Positions 1 to 10,080 of a stretch of DNA of 64,000 nt are shown here, in pieces. How positions within the stretch are numbered: the stretch's first letter is position 1; the number at the start of each line of letters is the position of its first letter. The stretch is taken from positions 62,981 through 126,980 of IMG/VR virus record IMGVR_UViG_3300010885_023630. One strand, 5' to 3'. Source of the stretch: a virus. Position numbers and translations under genes: made by a program. Below the pieces are notes generated by a model that saw only the letters and a list, made by a program, of their open reading frames with translations, had not been told where the DNA came from and ran no database searches.

Positions 1-204
1 GGCTCGATGGAAAATGCCAACGTAAATATCACTGGGTATACAATTTATGACGCAACTGCCAATGTGGCGTTGTACGCAAATACAGTAGCCGGCGGAGGGT
101 CTGGATTATTTGTTAACACAGGTACAACTCAACCAAACGTTGCTACCAAACAAGAATTAATTACCAAGAGCCGAGCTCTTGCTTTCAGCCTTATTTTAGG
201 ATAG
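1..204 (+). CDS. C-terminal part of a virion structural protein (probably truncated by window edge)
   Basis: Frame is open from base 1. Gly/Thr/Asn-rich; ends in a 'RALAFSLILG'-type tail similar to the giant fibre's 'LGYSIIFGF'. Confidence 0.55.
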   Translation, partial: GSMENANVNITGYTIYDATANVALYANTVAGGGSGLFVNTGTTQPNVATKQELITKSRALAFSLILG

Positions 205-214
205 GATTATTTAA

Positions 215-529
215 ATGGCATTCACTAATACATCAGTAACTACAACAGCTGGTTCAATCTATACCGCATCTAGCGCAAGCGGAAGTATTATTACAACAAT
301 TCATTTGTGTAACTATACCAACACACCTGTAACAGCAAATATCTACGCTGTACAGAACGGTGGAACACCAAATAACAGTTCTATCATTTATTCAAATGTC
401 AGTATAACCGCATACAATACATTGATCATTAATACAGAAAAATTTATTTTAGAGGCAGGCGATAAGATTTATGCTAACGTAAGCGCAAACGCTAGTGTAA
501 CAGCAACAGTGAGCGCATACGGAATTTAA
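215..529 (+). CDS. small virion structural protein
   Basis: AGGA Shine-Dalgarno; beta-rich, Thr/Ser-rich; lies in the structural operon. Confidence 0.6.
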   Translation: MAFTNTSVTTTAGSIYTASSASGSIITTIHLCNYTNTPVTANIYAVQNGGTPNNSSIIYSNVSITAYNTLIINTEKFILEAGDKIYANVSANASVTATVSAYGI

Positions 530-531
530 CG

Positions 532-957
532 ATGGCACGATTTCTTAAGAACCCAGACCTAGCACCGGGTACCTTGGCGGCCAAACTTCCTATTGCTGGC
601 AATGCCCTAGGCGATGCGCCAATTACTGGTCTAATCAGATTTAACCAGGACAATAATAGAATTGAATTTTATTACAACAATCAATGGAATCAAGTTGCCA
701 AGATTGGCACAGTACAATTGGTTGTAGACGACCTAGTAGGTGATGGTACGCAACAAGTATTCCATATGGCACAGGCAGAATCGGATCCTAAAGCTATAGC
801 AGTATTCATTGGTGGCGTTTACCAACAACCTAATACCAATTATACGGTCAATGGAACTGAGTACATTACTTTTACTAGCCCGCCACCAGTACCATCTGGT
901 ATTAGTCCAAACAGAATTACTATAATTCATAATATTAATAGTACCAACGCTACCTAG
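532..957 (+). CDS. virion structural protein
   Basis: 'GLIRFNQDNNRIEFY' and 'VFIGGVYQQP..YTV.G..ITFTSPP' modules, shared with neighbouring fibre genes. Confidence 0.65.
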   Translation: MARFLKNPDLAPGTLAAKLPIAGNALGDAPITGLIRFNQDNNRIEFYYNNQWNQVAKIGTVQLVVDDLVGDGTQQVFHMAQAESDPKAIAVFIGGVYQQPNTNYTVNGTEYITFTSPPPVPSGISPNRITIIHNINSTNAT

Positions 958-965
958 GAGCTCGA

Positions 966-2933
966 ATGGCAATCGGACGCATTACCGGACCAATGCTATA
1001 CGGCAACCTGGAACGTCAGGGTGTTGATTTAGCGATAGACGGAAATTTAGTTTACGCTGACGTAACTAATCGCCGTGTTGGTATTAATACATCCTCTCCT
1101 CAGTACGCACTAGATGTCCTTGGAAACGCTCATATAGGTAATCTATATGTTCAAGGTAATCAATTAACTAGCGACACAGGGATAATCAACTTTGGATTAC
1201 CTGCTAATATTTCGTTAGCTGGAGGAACCCCGTACGATGTGTTGTACACAGACGGAAATGGAAATTTAGCATTTGCCAACTTAAACGTAATTTCGGGATT
1301 AGATGCGTTTACCGGTAATAATATTATCTTAGGATCTAATACAGCCGGTTATATGGTAAGTAATGCTGTAACACTTACTACTAATACAACAGTGACAGAC
1401 GGATTAGCACAGATAAACTATGTACTAGGTAAACTAGTACCACCAAGCCCTCCACCGTTCCCTGGAGCAAACACACTGGCATTAACAACTAGTACCACTT
1501 CGGCCTACATGACTAATTATGTACAGCCAGATAATTCTGGATGGGGTAATTTAAGTATAGCCGCTGGTGCCGCAGTTAACGCGGTGCGTACAACCACATA
1601 CGCAACAGGTACAACTATCAGCGCAGTTGGACCGGGTAACATGGGTACTGTAACAGCATATCTCAACGGCAGAGATGCCGGCAACGTAACCTTAACTGGA
1701 ACCAGCAGTGGAACATATAGCAATTTAATTATAGCCAACAACCAAGATTACCACAATGTGGTCAGCACAGTTACGGCCGGTTTCTGGTATAGTTTTGATG
1801 CCAGGGCGGCAGGTAATGCGCCAACTGGTTGGAACAGAGTACACATCAGAGATTCGGGAACAGGTGGCAATACCAACGTAGTAACTTGGTTTTACGATTC
1901 GGCTGCTCCAGGAACACCAACATTTAGTAATACCAGCATATCGTTAACAACAAATACAGTTACATATTCTAGCACTATACCAATGTTAACCAGTGGTGCT
2001 CAGGCAACGCTTAAAGGTAATGTGGCGGTACTAAGCGGCAATACCTATCCACAATCAACAAACCTAACATCATCTACAGCTGCAGGTGGTGCGTTTCAAG
2101 CACCAACATCTGTAACGTATGCCGCTGCCGGTATAACAACACCATTGGCACAAAATTTATATGTAAGCTCAGGTAGCGCATATTTCCAAACAACTTCTAG
2201 TATTATCGCATCTGGGTTTGGGTCAAGTCCCACAGGTCCTTCACTAACAGTTAATAACAGCTACAATACCGGCTCGGCAACATTTAGCCCTGGGGTAACA
2301 ATACTATATAAAAATGGTACTGGTAATAACATTGAAGAAACTAGTATTCCTGTAACCAGTGTGGGCACAGGATCTGGCAATGCTTACCGTATTGTAAATC
2401 CTGGTTCAAGCGACACTCCTGCGTATACAGGAAGCGAAGCGGCATTTAATAGTACAACAGGACCTTTCTACACATACGACGCAACCAACGTAGCCGCAAC
2501 AATAAAATTTGATCAAACAAATTATTCAACTGGGTATTGGCCCGTCGGCCCTAACTTGTCCGCACAAGCGGCCAGTCAGTACTTTACATTTAAGTTTGTG
2601 CGTACGGCTGTTAGTAAATTTAATATTTCCTGGACCGGCACTATTGCCGGCCTATGGGTGGCATTACCTGGACAAAGTAATACCTATTCTGGACTTAACG
2701 GATGGTATACTATGAGTAGTCCTTACGCAGGCTCTGGAATCCCGGGAACAGTTGGCGGTAACGGAAGCAACGGATGTAGTGTGGGCGGATTTAGTTTAAC
2801 TGGCGGTAGCTACACAGCAACATTTGGTACGCTAAGTTCCAGTAACGCAACCGGCAATGAAATTTATGTAAGAATTAAATTAACAAGTGGACAAAGTATT
2901 TCTGCTTTAAGCATAGTGGCGGCAACTAACTAA
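966..2933 (+). CDS. tail fibre / virion structural protein
   Basis: 655 aa; 'RVGINTSSPQYALDVLG' fibre motif; G/T/S/N-rich. Confidence 0.7.
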   Translation: MAIGRITGPMLYGNLERQGVDLAIDGNLVYADVTNRRVGINTSSPQYALDVLGNAHIGNLYVQGNQLTSDTGIINFGLPANISLAGGTPYDVLYTDGNGNLAFANLNVISGLDAFTGNNIILGSNTAGYMVSNAVTLTTNTTVTDGLAQINYVLGKLVPPSPPPFPGANTLALTTSTTSAYMTNYVQPDNSGWGNLSIAAGAAVNAVRTTTYATGTTISAVGPGNMGTVTAYLNGRDAGNVTLTGTSSGTYSNLIIANNQDYHNVVSTVTAGFWYSFDARAAGNAPTGWNRVHIRDSGTGGNTNVVTWFYDSAAPGTPTFSNTSISLTTNTVTYSSTIPMLTSGAQATLKGNVAVLSGNTYPQSTNLTSSTAAGGAFQAPTSVTYAAAGITTPLAQNLYVSSGSAYFQTTSSIIASGFGSSPTGPSLTVNNSYNTGSATFSPGVTILYKNGTGNNIEETSIPVTSVGTGSGNAYRIVNPGSSDTPAYTGSEAAFNSTTGPFYTYDATNVAATIKFDQTNYSTGYWPVGPNLSAQAASQYFTFKFVRTAVSKFNISWTGTIAGLWVALPGQSNTYSGLNGWYTMSSPYAGSGIPGTVGGNGSNGCSVGGFSLTGGSYTATFGTLSSSNATGNEIYVRIKLTSGQSISALSIVAATN

Positions 2934-4609
2934 TGACTATATCACAAGCACAAACCGTTGACCTACTAAACAAGAAATTAGCTTCTTTAGCTAAGACTGA
3001 CGTTTCTACGGCCAAAGGCCCAAGCAATGAAACAATCGCTAGTCCGCTACTGGTACCCGGCAGTACAATTTGGCAATTAGATTCTCAAATTGTTAGCACA
3101 CCCACTTTGCCAACCAGTAACTCAAGTGTAGTTACCGTATACAGAGACAGTTTAAGCACAACAATCCAATGTACCAGAGATGGGACTGCGTCGGGCACTA
3201 ATCAGACCTGGTTAACAAATCTAATAGATTGGGTACCGCCAAGTTTTGGCTCAGGTTACCAAATCCAATTATATGCAGCACCTGTGGGTTATTCTGCGAA
3301 TGTAATGACATCGGGGGTATCGTTGGCGCAGGCCGGCTCAGGTAATAATGATTCTTGGACATTTGATTATCAAGCCGGGGTTATTAACTTTGCCGATACA
3401 ACGGTCCCAACATCGGTAACATGGAACGGCACAACAGGCAATGTGGTTTATGCAGTTGGCGCACGTTATACTGGCACCAAAGGTATTGGTAATTTTACAA
3501 ACGGTATACAAGTTGGTAACGTTAGTGTTATTGGTAACGTTATTTCCAGTACCGTTGGTAATTTAGTAATACCACAAGTGACAACAAGCAATATTGGCAT
3601 TAGCGGTGGATATATTAGTAATGTGGCAAACCTTTATGCTACCACAGGTAGTATAACTAATTTTAGTTCCAGTAACGTACAAATTACAGGCGGTAATTTA
3701 ATTAATATGGCCTTGGAGAATATTACTACGCTTCAGGCAACAAACTTTAGTACAGCCAATGCTCAGATCACAGGTGGTAATTTAATTAATATGACCTTGG
3801 AGAATGTCACAAGTCTTCAAGCAACAAACTTCAGTACAGCCAATGCTCAGATAACAGGTGGTAATGTAACAGCTGGTACTATTACAATATCTAATAGTAG
3901 TATTAGTAGTCCTGACGTAATTACATTTTATTCTGCCGGCGGAGCAATTACTTTACCTGTGGGTGGGAATATTGCTAGACCCAATAGCCCAGTAGCTGGG
4001 GAAATTAGGTTTAACACTGATTACCAGTCTGTTGAATTTTACAACGGCCAGGGTTGGATTAACATTATCAACAGCATTGATGGGCAAAACTTTTACGGTG
4101 ATGGTGTTAATAACACATATATATTAAATCACTTTACTACCAGCTCCGGTGTTCTAGTAAGTATTAACGGTACAGTACAGCAACCAGGATTTGCTTATAA
4201 CATTTCTGGTACACAGATTACATTTACAGAAACACCGTTAGCGTCAGACCAAATTGATATACGTTATCTAGCGGCCAGTACGGCCAACGCCAACGATATT
4301 ACTGTGATTGACACAGGCAATGTCACAGTGGGAACAGGAGCAACAACCTTTGATGTATTTCCTACTAATATGTACAGAAGCGTAAAGTACACGTTAAGCA
4401 GTACTAATGGAGTTGACCAACAAATATCAGACGTTTTAGTAATTCATAACGGAACTAATAGTTTTATAACTACCGTATCAAATTTAAGAACAGGGTCAAA
4501 TTCCCTAACATTTACTACGTCTTTAGCTTTGGGCAATGTTACTGTACAAGCCACAGGAACCACAGGAAATAACAAAGTTAGAATACAACGTACATATTTC
4601 CAGGTGTAA
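2933..4609 (+). CDS. tail fibre / virion structural protein
   Basis: 558 aa; translationally coupled (TAATG); internal 28-aa repeats; 'GEIRFNTD..EFYNG' module. Confidence 0.7.
   Translation: MTISQAQTVDLLNKKLASLAKTDVSTAKGPSNETIASPLLVPGSTIWQLDSQIVSTPTLPTSNSSVVTVYRDSLSTTIQCTRDGTASGTNQTWLTNLIDWVPPSFGSGYQIQLYAAPVGYSANVMTSGVSLAQAGSGNNDSWTFDYQAGVINFADTTVPTSVTWNGTTGNVVYAVGARYTGTKGIGNFTNGIQVGNVSVIGNVISSTVGNLVIPQVTTSNIGISGGYISNVANLYATTGSITNFSSSNVQITGGNLINMALENITTLQATNFSTANAQITGGNLINMTLENVTSLQATNFSTANAQITGGNVTAGTITISNSSISSPDVITFYSAGGAITLPVGGNIARPNSPVAGEIRFNTDYQSVEFYNGQGWINIINSIDGQNFYGDGVNNTYILNHFTTSSGVLVSINGTVQQPGFAYNISGTQITFTETPLASDQIDIRYLAASTANANDITVIDTGNVTVGTGATTFDVFPTNMYRSVKYTLSSTNGVDQQISDVLVIHNGTNSFITTVSNLRTGSNSLTFTTSLALGNVTVQATGTTGNNKVRIQRTYFQV
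3661..3866 (+). repeat. about 2.4 copies of an 84-bp (28-aa) in-frame tandem repeat
   Basis: NFSTANAQITGGNLINMxLENxTxLQAT repeated at the DNA level. Confidence 0.8.
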
Positions 4610-4660
4610 CTTAAATGAATATGTTTTTGCTAAATACGTTATACCCAGGAGCTCTTTAGC

Positions 4661-7600
4661 ATGGCCAACTTAACAAGAATACAGAATAACCAGATTACCG
4701 ATAGTACAATCCAGGCCAGCGCAAAATTGGCGTCCGGGTCAATTACCGGTAATTTACTAGCAAGTACAGTAACGTTTAACAGTAATATTACCATTCTTGG
4801 TAATTTAACAGTTGCAAATAATTACGTACAATTAAACTCAATTAACACATATATCAATGATCCATTGGTTGTTTTTAACAACGGATACAACGGATCTCCC
4901 AGCTACGATATTGGTATTTTAGTTAATCGTAACTTACAAACACTAAGCGGATACGGTGGGGTTAATACAGCTTTTGTATGGAAAGAAGCAGATTCAGCAT
5001 TTGAAGCAATTGCCACCACAGAAACAGGAACACTAGCTGGGTCAATTAATAATTCGGGTTGGGCAAACATTAAGACTGGTAATGCCACAATCAATGGAAC
5101 AGCCACAATTACTAGCATTTTGGGAGTGACCGGAGATGCAACATTTACTACAGGTAATATTGCTGGCTTACAAGTTAAAGCTCTTGGTAATGTAACACCC
5201 GGGACTGGCGCATTTACAACTGTAAGTACTACCGGCAACTTAACTGTTGGCGGCCTGATGTCGATTACCGGCAACATTGTACCAAGCGCAAACGTAACGT
5301 ACAGTTTAGGTACACCAACTAACAGATTTAAAGATTTATGGTTAAGTGGAAGCACAATGTATCTAGGCGGCTTTGTGTTGTCTGAAGACGTTAACGGAAA
5401 TATAAATCTTACAACAAATAACGGCAATCGTCTAACAATAGTTGGTACGGTTGCAAACACAGTAATTACAACAGGCAATATTGTAGCACCATACCACTTG
5501 GGTAATATAGTAGGTGCTATTGCTACTCATACAACCATTACCACTGCTGGACTACAAGCACAGGCAATTGGTAACGTAACAGCAGGAACTGGCGCATTCA
5601 CAACAGTTACAGCTGGCGGATTACAAGCACAGTCAATCGGTAATATAACACCCGGTACTTATGTATTCACAACTGGATCGGTAGCTGGACTACAAGCACA
5701 GTCAATTGGTAACGCAACACCGGGAACTGGTGCGTTTACTACACTAACAGCAAGTGGCGTTACACAAGTAACAAATGCCACAGCATCTACAGCAACTAAT
5801 AATGGCGCATTGGTAGTAACCGGCGGTGTCGGTATTGGTGGCGATTTAAATGTTGGCGGCCAAACATTGTTAACTGGCAACGTAAGCATTGGTGGTAACT
5901 TAACAGTAACAGGTCAAAGCGTAAGCATTGGTTCTACTTCGTTAAGTATCAATGATCCAATTATTAATTTACATACACCAAGTGATCTAACACCATTAAC
6001 AAGTAACGATGGTGCTGATATTGGTATTAAATTCCATTACTACAACGGAGCCGATAAAGCGGCATTCCTTGGAATGGCCAATGACAGTAAGATGTTAGAA
6101 TGGTACGACTCTGGTAGCGATACTGGTAACGTTTTCTCTGGCACAAACTACGGTGGCATTAAAGCTGGTCGTTTAATATTATCTAATGCGTCGGTACTTG
6201 GCGGTGGCCTATCAGCCAATACCGGTACATTCCAAGTTTATGGCGATGGTAGTATCAATGGTAATTTATATGTTGGTGCGGCATTCCTAGCAGGCACAGC
6301 AAGTTTTGCCGCTATTAATAGCACCGTAATTGGTAATATAACACCTGCTGCCGGCACATTTACATACGTAACTGTTACTCAAGGGTTTAGCTCAGCCAAC
6401 GCTCGCATTGTTGGCGCACAAAGTTATATTGGTGGTGGCACACAAATTGCTAACGTAAGTGCTCAATATGGTACATTCCCTAATTTATCAAGTACCAACG
6501 TATTAGTCAGTGGCGGTAGCTTAACTAATTTAACACAAGTAACAGCTACAAACGTTGATGCCGGCACAATCGTAACAACAAACCTTGGTTCAGGTAATGC
6601 CCGTATCGCTGGCGGTTACGCAGATAATTTTGCAATTGGTTCTAACACAGCGGCCACAGGTAGATTCACAACATTAACTTCAACTGGTGTAACAACAAGC
6701 TCTGGTAATTTGGTTGCTAATAGTCAAGTTAACAGTACAAACAGCACAAGCGGAGCATTGACAGTGGTCGGTGGCGCAGGTATTGCCGCTAACGTATTTG
6801 TTGGTGGAGCAACAACATTTGGTTCTAATCAAACTGCTGGCTACGATCACATTGTTATGGGCAAGAATGATGCTACTCTAATGTGGGCACGTAGTGGCGT
6901 TGTATATGATCAAGTATTAATTGGCAACACCGCAACAGTTTCTAACCTGGTACGTGGTGCTAAGTTGATTGTTAACAGCACAGACTCAATGATACTACCT
7001 GCTGGTACTAATGCTCAAAGACCAAGCAGTACACTTGGTTCTGACACAGAAGGTATGTTCCGATATAACACAACGGCCCATGCTCCAGAATATTTTAATG
7101 GCACAACTTGGCAAAGTATTGTACCAAACTATACTGTTATTACAGACGAAACATTTACTGGTACTGGATCACAATACAACTTTACACTTGGAGCATCATC
7201 AACTACAGCTGGAACCATTGTAGCAATTAACGGTGTTATACAGTTCCCAACTTTTGCCTACTCGGTAACAGGAGCAACACTAACATTTACTGAAGCACCA
7301 CTTACTACTGACGTCATTGACGTTAGAAGATTAACTACAACAAGTCAAGTTACTACGTTAGCCAGTGTAAACGGATACATGACGATTAGCACTGATAATA
7401 ACGGGGTATACATTAGCACAGGAACAGTTGCTCCGGTGGTAACAACGTCTTGGAATACCAGCGGCGCAGAAGTTAACTCCACCGGTAACGCAGTAGTAAC
7501 CACAGCAAGTACACCAACAGTGGTTGATAGTTTTGATGCTACACTATACAGCTCGGCAGAATACACAATCACATCAACAATTCAAGGTACAAATGTACGT

Positions 7601-7792
7601 GAAATTGTCAAAGTATTGGCTGTACACAACGGTACATCAGCAAACATAACAAGTTTTAGTCGTTCGACAACATCGGGTAACACACTAACAACATTAACTG
7701 GCGCAGTTTCTGGCAGTAATTTCCAGTTATCAGCAACAACGACAAACAACAATACTGTATTGAGAATTCGTAAAAATTATCAATCTTTATAA
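4661..7792 (+). CDS. long tail fibre protein
   Basis: 1043 aa; repeated 'GLQAQAIGNxTPGTGAFTT' and 'TGALVVxGGxGI' motifs; AGGAG Shine-Dalgarno and upstream TAAATA. Confidence 0.75.
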   Translation: MANLTRIQNNQITDSTIQASAKLASGSITGNLLASTVTFNSNITILGNLTVANNYVQLNSINTYINDPLVVFNNGYNGSPSYDIGILVNRNLQTLSGYGGVNTAFVWKEADSAFEAIATTETGTLAGSINNSGWANIKTGNATINGTATITSILGVTGDATFTTGNIAGLQVKALGNVTPGTGAFTTVSTTGNLTVGGLMSITGNIVPSANVTYSLGTPTNRFKDLWLSGSTMYLGGFVLSEDVNGNINLTTNNGNRLTIVGTVANTVITTGNIVAPYHLGNIVGAIATHTTITTAGLQAQAIGNVTAGTGAFTTVTAGGLQAQSIGNITPGTYVFTTGSVAGLQAQSIGNATPGTGAFTTLTASGVTQVTNATASTATNNGALVVTGGVGIGGDLNVGGQTLLTGNVSIGGNLTVTGQSVSIGSTSLSINDPIINLHTPSDLTPLTSNDGADIGIKFHYYNGADKAAFLGMANDSKMLEWYDSGSDTGNVFSGTNYGGIKAGRLILSNASVLGGGLSANTGTFQVYGDGSINGNLYVGAAFLAGTASFAAINSTVIGNITPAAGTFTYVTVTQGFSSANARIVGAQSYIGGGTQIANVSAQYGTFPNLSSTNVLVSGGSLTNLTQVTATNVDAGTIVTTNLGSGNARIAGGYADNFAIGSNTAATGRFTTLTSTGVTTSSGNLVANSQVNSTNSTSGALTVVGGAGIAANVFVGGATTFGSNQTAGYDHIVMGKNDATLMWARSGVVYDQVLIGNTATVSNLVRGAKLIVNSTDSMILPAGTNAQRPSSTLGSDTEGMFRYNTTAHAPEYFNGTTWQSIVPNYTVITDETFTGTGSQYNFTLGASSTTAGTIVAINGVIQFPTFAYSVTGATLTFTEAPLTTDVIDVRRLTTTSQVTTLASVNGYMTISTDNNGVYISTGTVAPVVTTSWNTSGAEVNSTGNAVVTTASTPTVVDSFDATLYSSAEYTITSTIQGTNVREIVKVLAVHNGTSANITSFSRSTTSGNTLTTLTGAVSGSNFQLSATTTNNNTVLRIRKNYQSL

Positions 7793-7824
7793 GTATATAA
7801 TAGCCAACAGGGAGATATGGAACT

Positions 7825-8127
7825 ATGGCAAATAGCAACTTTGTAGTACACAACGGACTCACAGTAGGTCCGTTAACAATTGACGCCGCAACTGGTACAG
7901 TTAGCACAACCGGCGCTCTTGGCACAAATTATCTTAATTCATCGCAATCAACATTTCCGGGCAACACCGGTAACATCGATTACATGGTTAATGGTGGCGT
8001 TGAGTCTTATGTAGGCGCAAACGTAGATCCCTTTGGTGCTTCTCTTAGTACGTTAACTTGGTATGATTGTATGAACCCAAATAACGTATTAGTTACACTA
8101 GAATTAGGGTCGAACTCGTCGATCTAA
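7825..8127 (+). CDS. small virion protein
   Basis: 100-aa ORF in the structural operon; Shine-Dalgarno-like sequence upstream. Confidence 0.55.
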   Translation: MANSNFVVHNGLTVGPLTIDAATGTVSTTGALGTNYLNSSQSTFPGNTGNIDYMVNGGVESYVGANVDPFGASLSTLTWYDCMNPNNVLVTLELGSNSSI

Positions 8128-8157
8128 GATAAATAACATTAATAAGGATAATTTAAA

Positions 8158-8826
8158 ATGCCAACACAAGTACAATTTAGACGTGGAACAGCTACCCAAA
8201 GTAACGCTTTTACAGGGGCGGCTGGTGAAATTACAATCGATACAACAGCTCAATCCATTCGTGTACACGATGGTTCAACAGCTGGTGGTAGCCAATTGCT
8301 GTCAGCAGGTGGTACACAAACATTAACAAACAAAACAATTGGTGCCGCTACTATTTCTGGTAACTTAACACCAAGCTCCAACGTTGCGTTTAACGTTGGT
8401 AGCGTAAGTAGCTGGTTTAACAACTTTTACGGTTCTGCTGTACACGCATTATACGCTGACTTGGCAGAAAACTACTTGGCCGATGCTTATTATCCAGCTG
8501 GTACAGTTGTAAAACTAGGCGGCTCTGCTGAGATTACTCAAGCTACTAACAATAGTACTGCTGTTTTAGGAGTTGTATCTGCTAACCCAGCATATTTGAT
8601 GAATGGTGGTTTACAAGGTTCTTATGTAACACCAGTAGCGTTAGTTGGTCGCGTTATGGTTAACTGCCGTGGACCAGTAAACAAAGGTGACATAATGGTT
8701 GCTGGTGACGGTGGCTATGCTATCCCTAATAACAGCCCAGCAAACGGTGCTATGATTGGTAAAGCGGTTGGTTTTACATCAGCTCCAGGATTTAGCGAAG
8801 TTGAGGTTGTAATCGGTAACGGTTAA
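8158..8826 (+). CDS. tail fibre-associated protein: Mtd-type N-terminal domain and chaperone/peptidase-G2-like C-terminus
   Basis: 'QVQFRRGT...FTGAAGEITIDT' N-terminus; 'YADLAENY...GVVSANPAYLMN...VALVGRV...KGD' C-terminus. Confidence 0.7.
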   Translation: MPTQVQFRRGTATQSNAFTGAAGEITIDTTAQSIRVHDGSTAGGSQLLSAGGTQTLTNKTIGAATISGNLTPSSNVAFNVGSVSSWFNNFYGSAVHALYADLAENYLADAYYPAGTVVKLGGSAEITQATNNSTAVLGVVSANPAYLMNGGLQGSYVTPVALVGRVMVNCRGPVNKGDIMVAGDGGYAIPNNSPANGAMIGKAVGFTSAPGFSEVEVVIGNG

Positions 8827-8851
8827 TAACTTAACAAGTTTTAAACACAAT

Positions 8852-8880
8852 AAAGGGCGCACCATGCGCCCTTTTCTTTT
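8852..8880 (+). terminator. intrinsic terminator
   Basis: AAAGGGCGCA-cca-TGCGCCCTTT followed by a T-rich tract. Confidence 0.85.
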
Positions 8881-8915
8881 AGCGATAAATATATAAAAGA
8901 TCACGGAAAAAGTAA

Positions 8916-10067
8916 ATGGCATTAACCCGTCCCAATTATAACAACTTAAACACTACTATTGAAGTATTGTTAGATCCGATAACGGTCTTAAACGGCAATT
9001 CAAAAGCGGCCAATTTAGACATTGGTTTCATAATGAATCGCGACAGCGGTTTAACAGCATCAAATGTCGCATTGTACTGGTCAGAAACAACCCAAAGTTT
9101 TGTACACGCCTTTACATCAAACTCAGGAATAACAAATACCCCAATTACCGCCAGCAGTTACGCACCTGTCACAGTTGGCGGAATTAATACCTCCGGTAAT
9201 ATATTAACAATTGGCGCAACTTTATTACGTCTTGATCAAGACATAAAGTACCCTTACACATTTGATATTGGAACTTACGGTCACTATATAGGTGGCGAAG
9301 CTAATACTACAGTACATACCGGGGTAGTACGCAATCATAATAACGATACCTGGACATTTTTTGGCAATTTAGCAACTGAACCAGTTAACGGAGCAGTAGT
9401 TAATTGGAACGATACTACAATTATCTATGACCCAATTAAAGCAGGTCAGTTAACTTTAGCAAATACCACAGTAAGTACAAGCTCAACAACAGGAGCATTA
9501 GTAGTCGGCGGCGGCGCAGGCATTGCTGGTAACTTATATGTTGGCGGAAACTTAACAGTAGCCGGCACAGTAACATTTACAAACAGCGTAATAGAAACTA
9601 GTACAGAAACTGTACTTGGAGTAGAAATTGTTGGCGGAAACTTAGTAGCAAATTCTGGAGTAGCAAGTACAAGTACTACAACAGGTGCCTTGGTTGTACA
9701 AGGTGGTGTTGGTATTAGCGGCAATTTAAACGTAGGCGGTACTATTGCTGGTGTCAGTAACGCTTACGTAGACCGAGGCGTCGACTTAAATGACTGGAAT
9801 ACGGTCACTACAATGGGCGTTTATTTGGTAAATAGAAGTAGTTGGTCTGGAACTAGCAATACACCGTTAAATTCGATGAATTTTTATGGTGCCTTGGAAG
9901 TTATAAACTCCGGAAACGTGAGTATAACTCAAAATTACAGACCTTACGATAGTAGTTCTACTAGCAGTAAAAACGTTTATTGGACTAGGAGCAAGTTCAA
10001 TAGTACGTGGACCGGATGGGTAGAAATTATTAACGGAGCAGAAGCATTAGATGGCGGTAGTTTTTAA
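8916..10067 (+). CDS. tail fibre protein with knob-like C-terminal domain
   Basis: 'STTTGALVV.GG.GI' repeats; C-terminal 'DWNTVTTMGVY...YWTRS...WTGW'. Confidence 0.7.
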   Translation: MALTRPNYNNLNTTIEVLLDPITVLNGNSKAANLDIGFIMNRDSGLTASNVALYWSETTQSFVHAFTSNSGITNTPITASSYAPVTVGGINTSGNILTIGATLLRLDQDIKYPYTFDIGTYGHYIGGEANTTVHTGVVRNHNNDTWTFFGNLATEPVNGAVVNWNDTTIIYDPIKAGQLTLANTTVSTSSTTGALVVGGGAGIAGNLYVGGNLTVAGTVTFTNSVIETSTETVLGVEIVGGNLVANSGVASTSTTTGALVVQGGVGISGNLNVGGTIAGVSNAYVDRGVDLNDWNTVTTMGVYLVNRSSWSGTSNTPLNSMNFYGALEVINSGNVSITQNYRPYDSSSTSSKNVYWTRSKFNSTWTGWVEIINGAEALDGGSF

Positions 10068-10080
10068 AGGATAAGAAAAA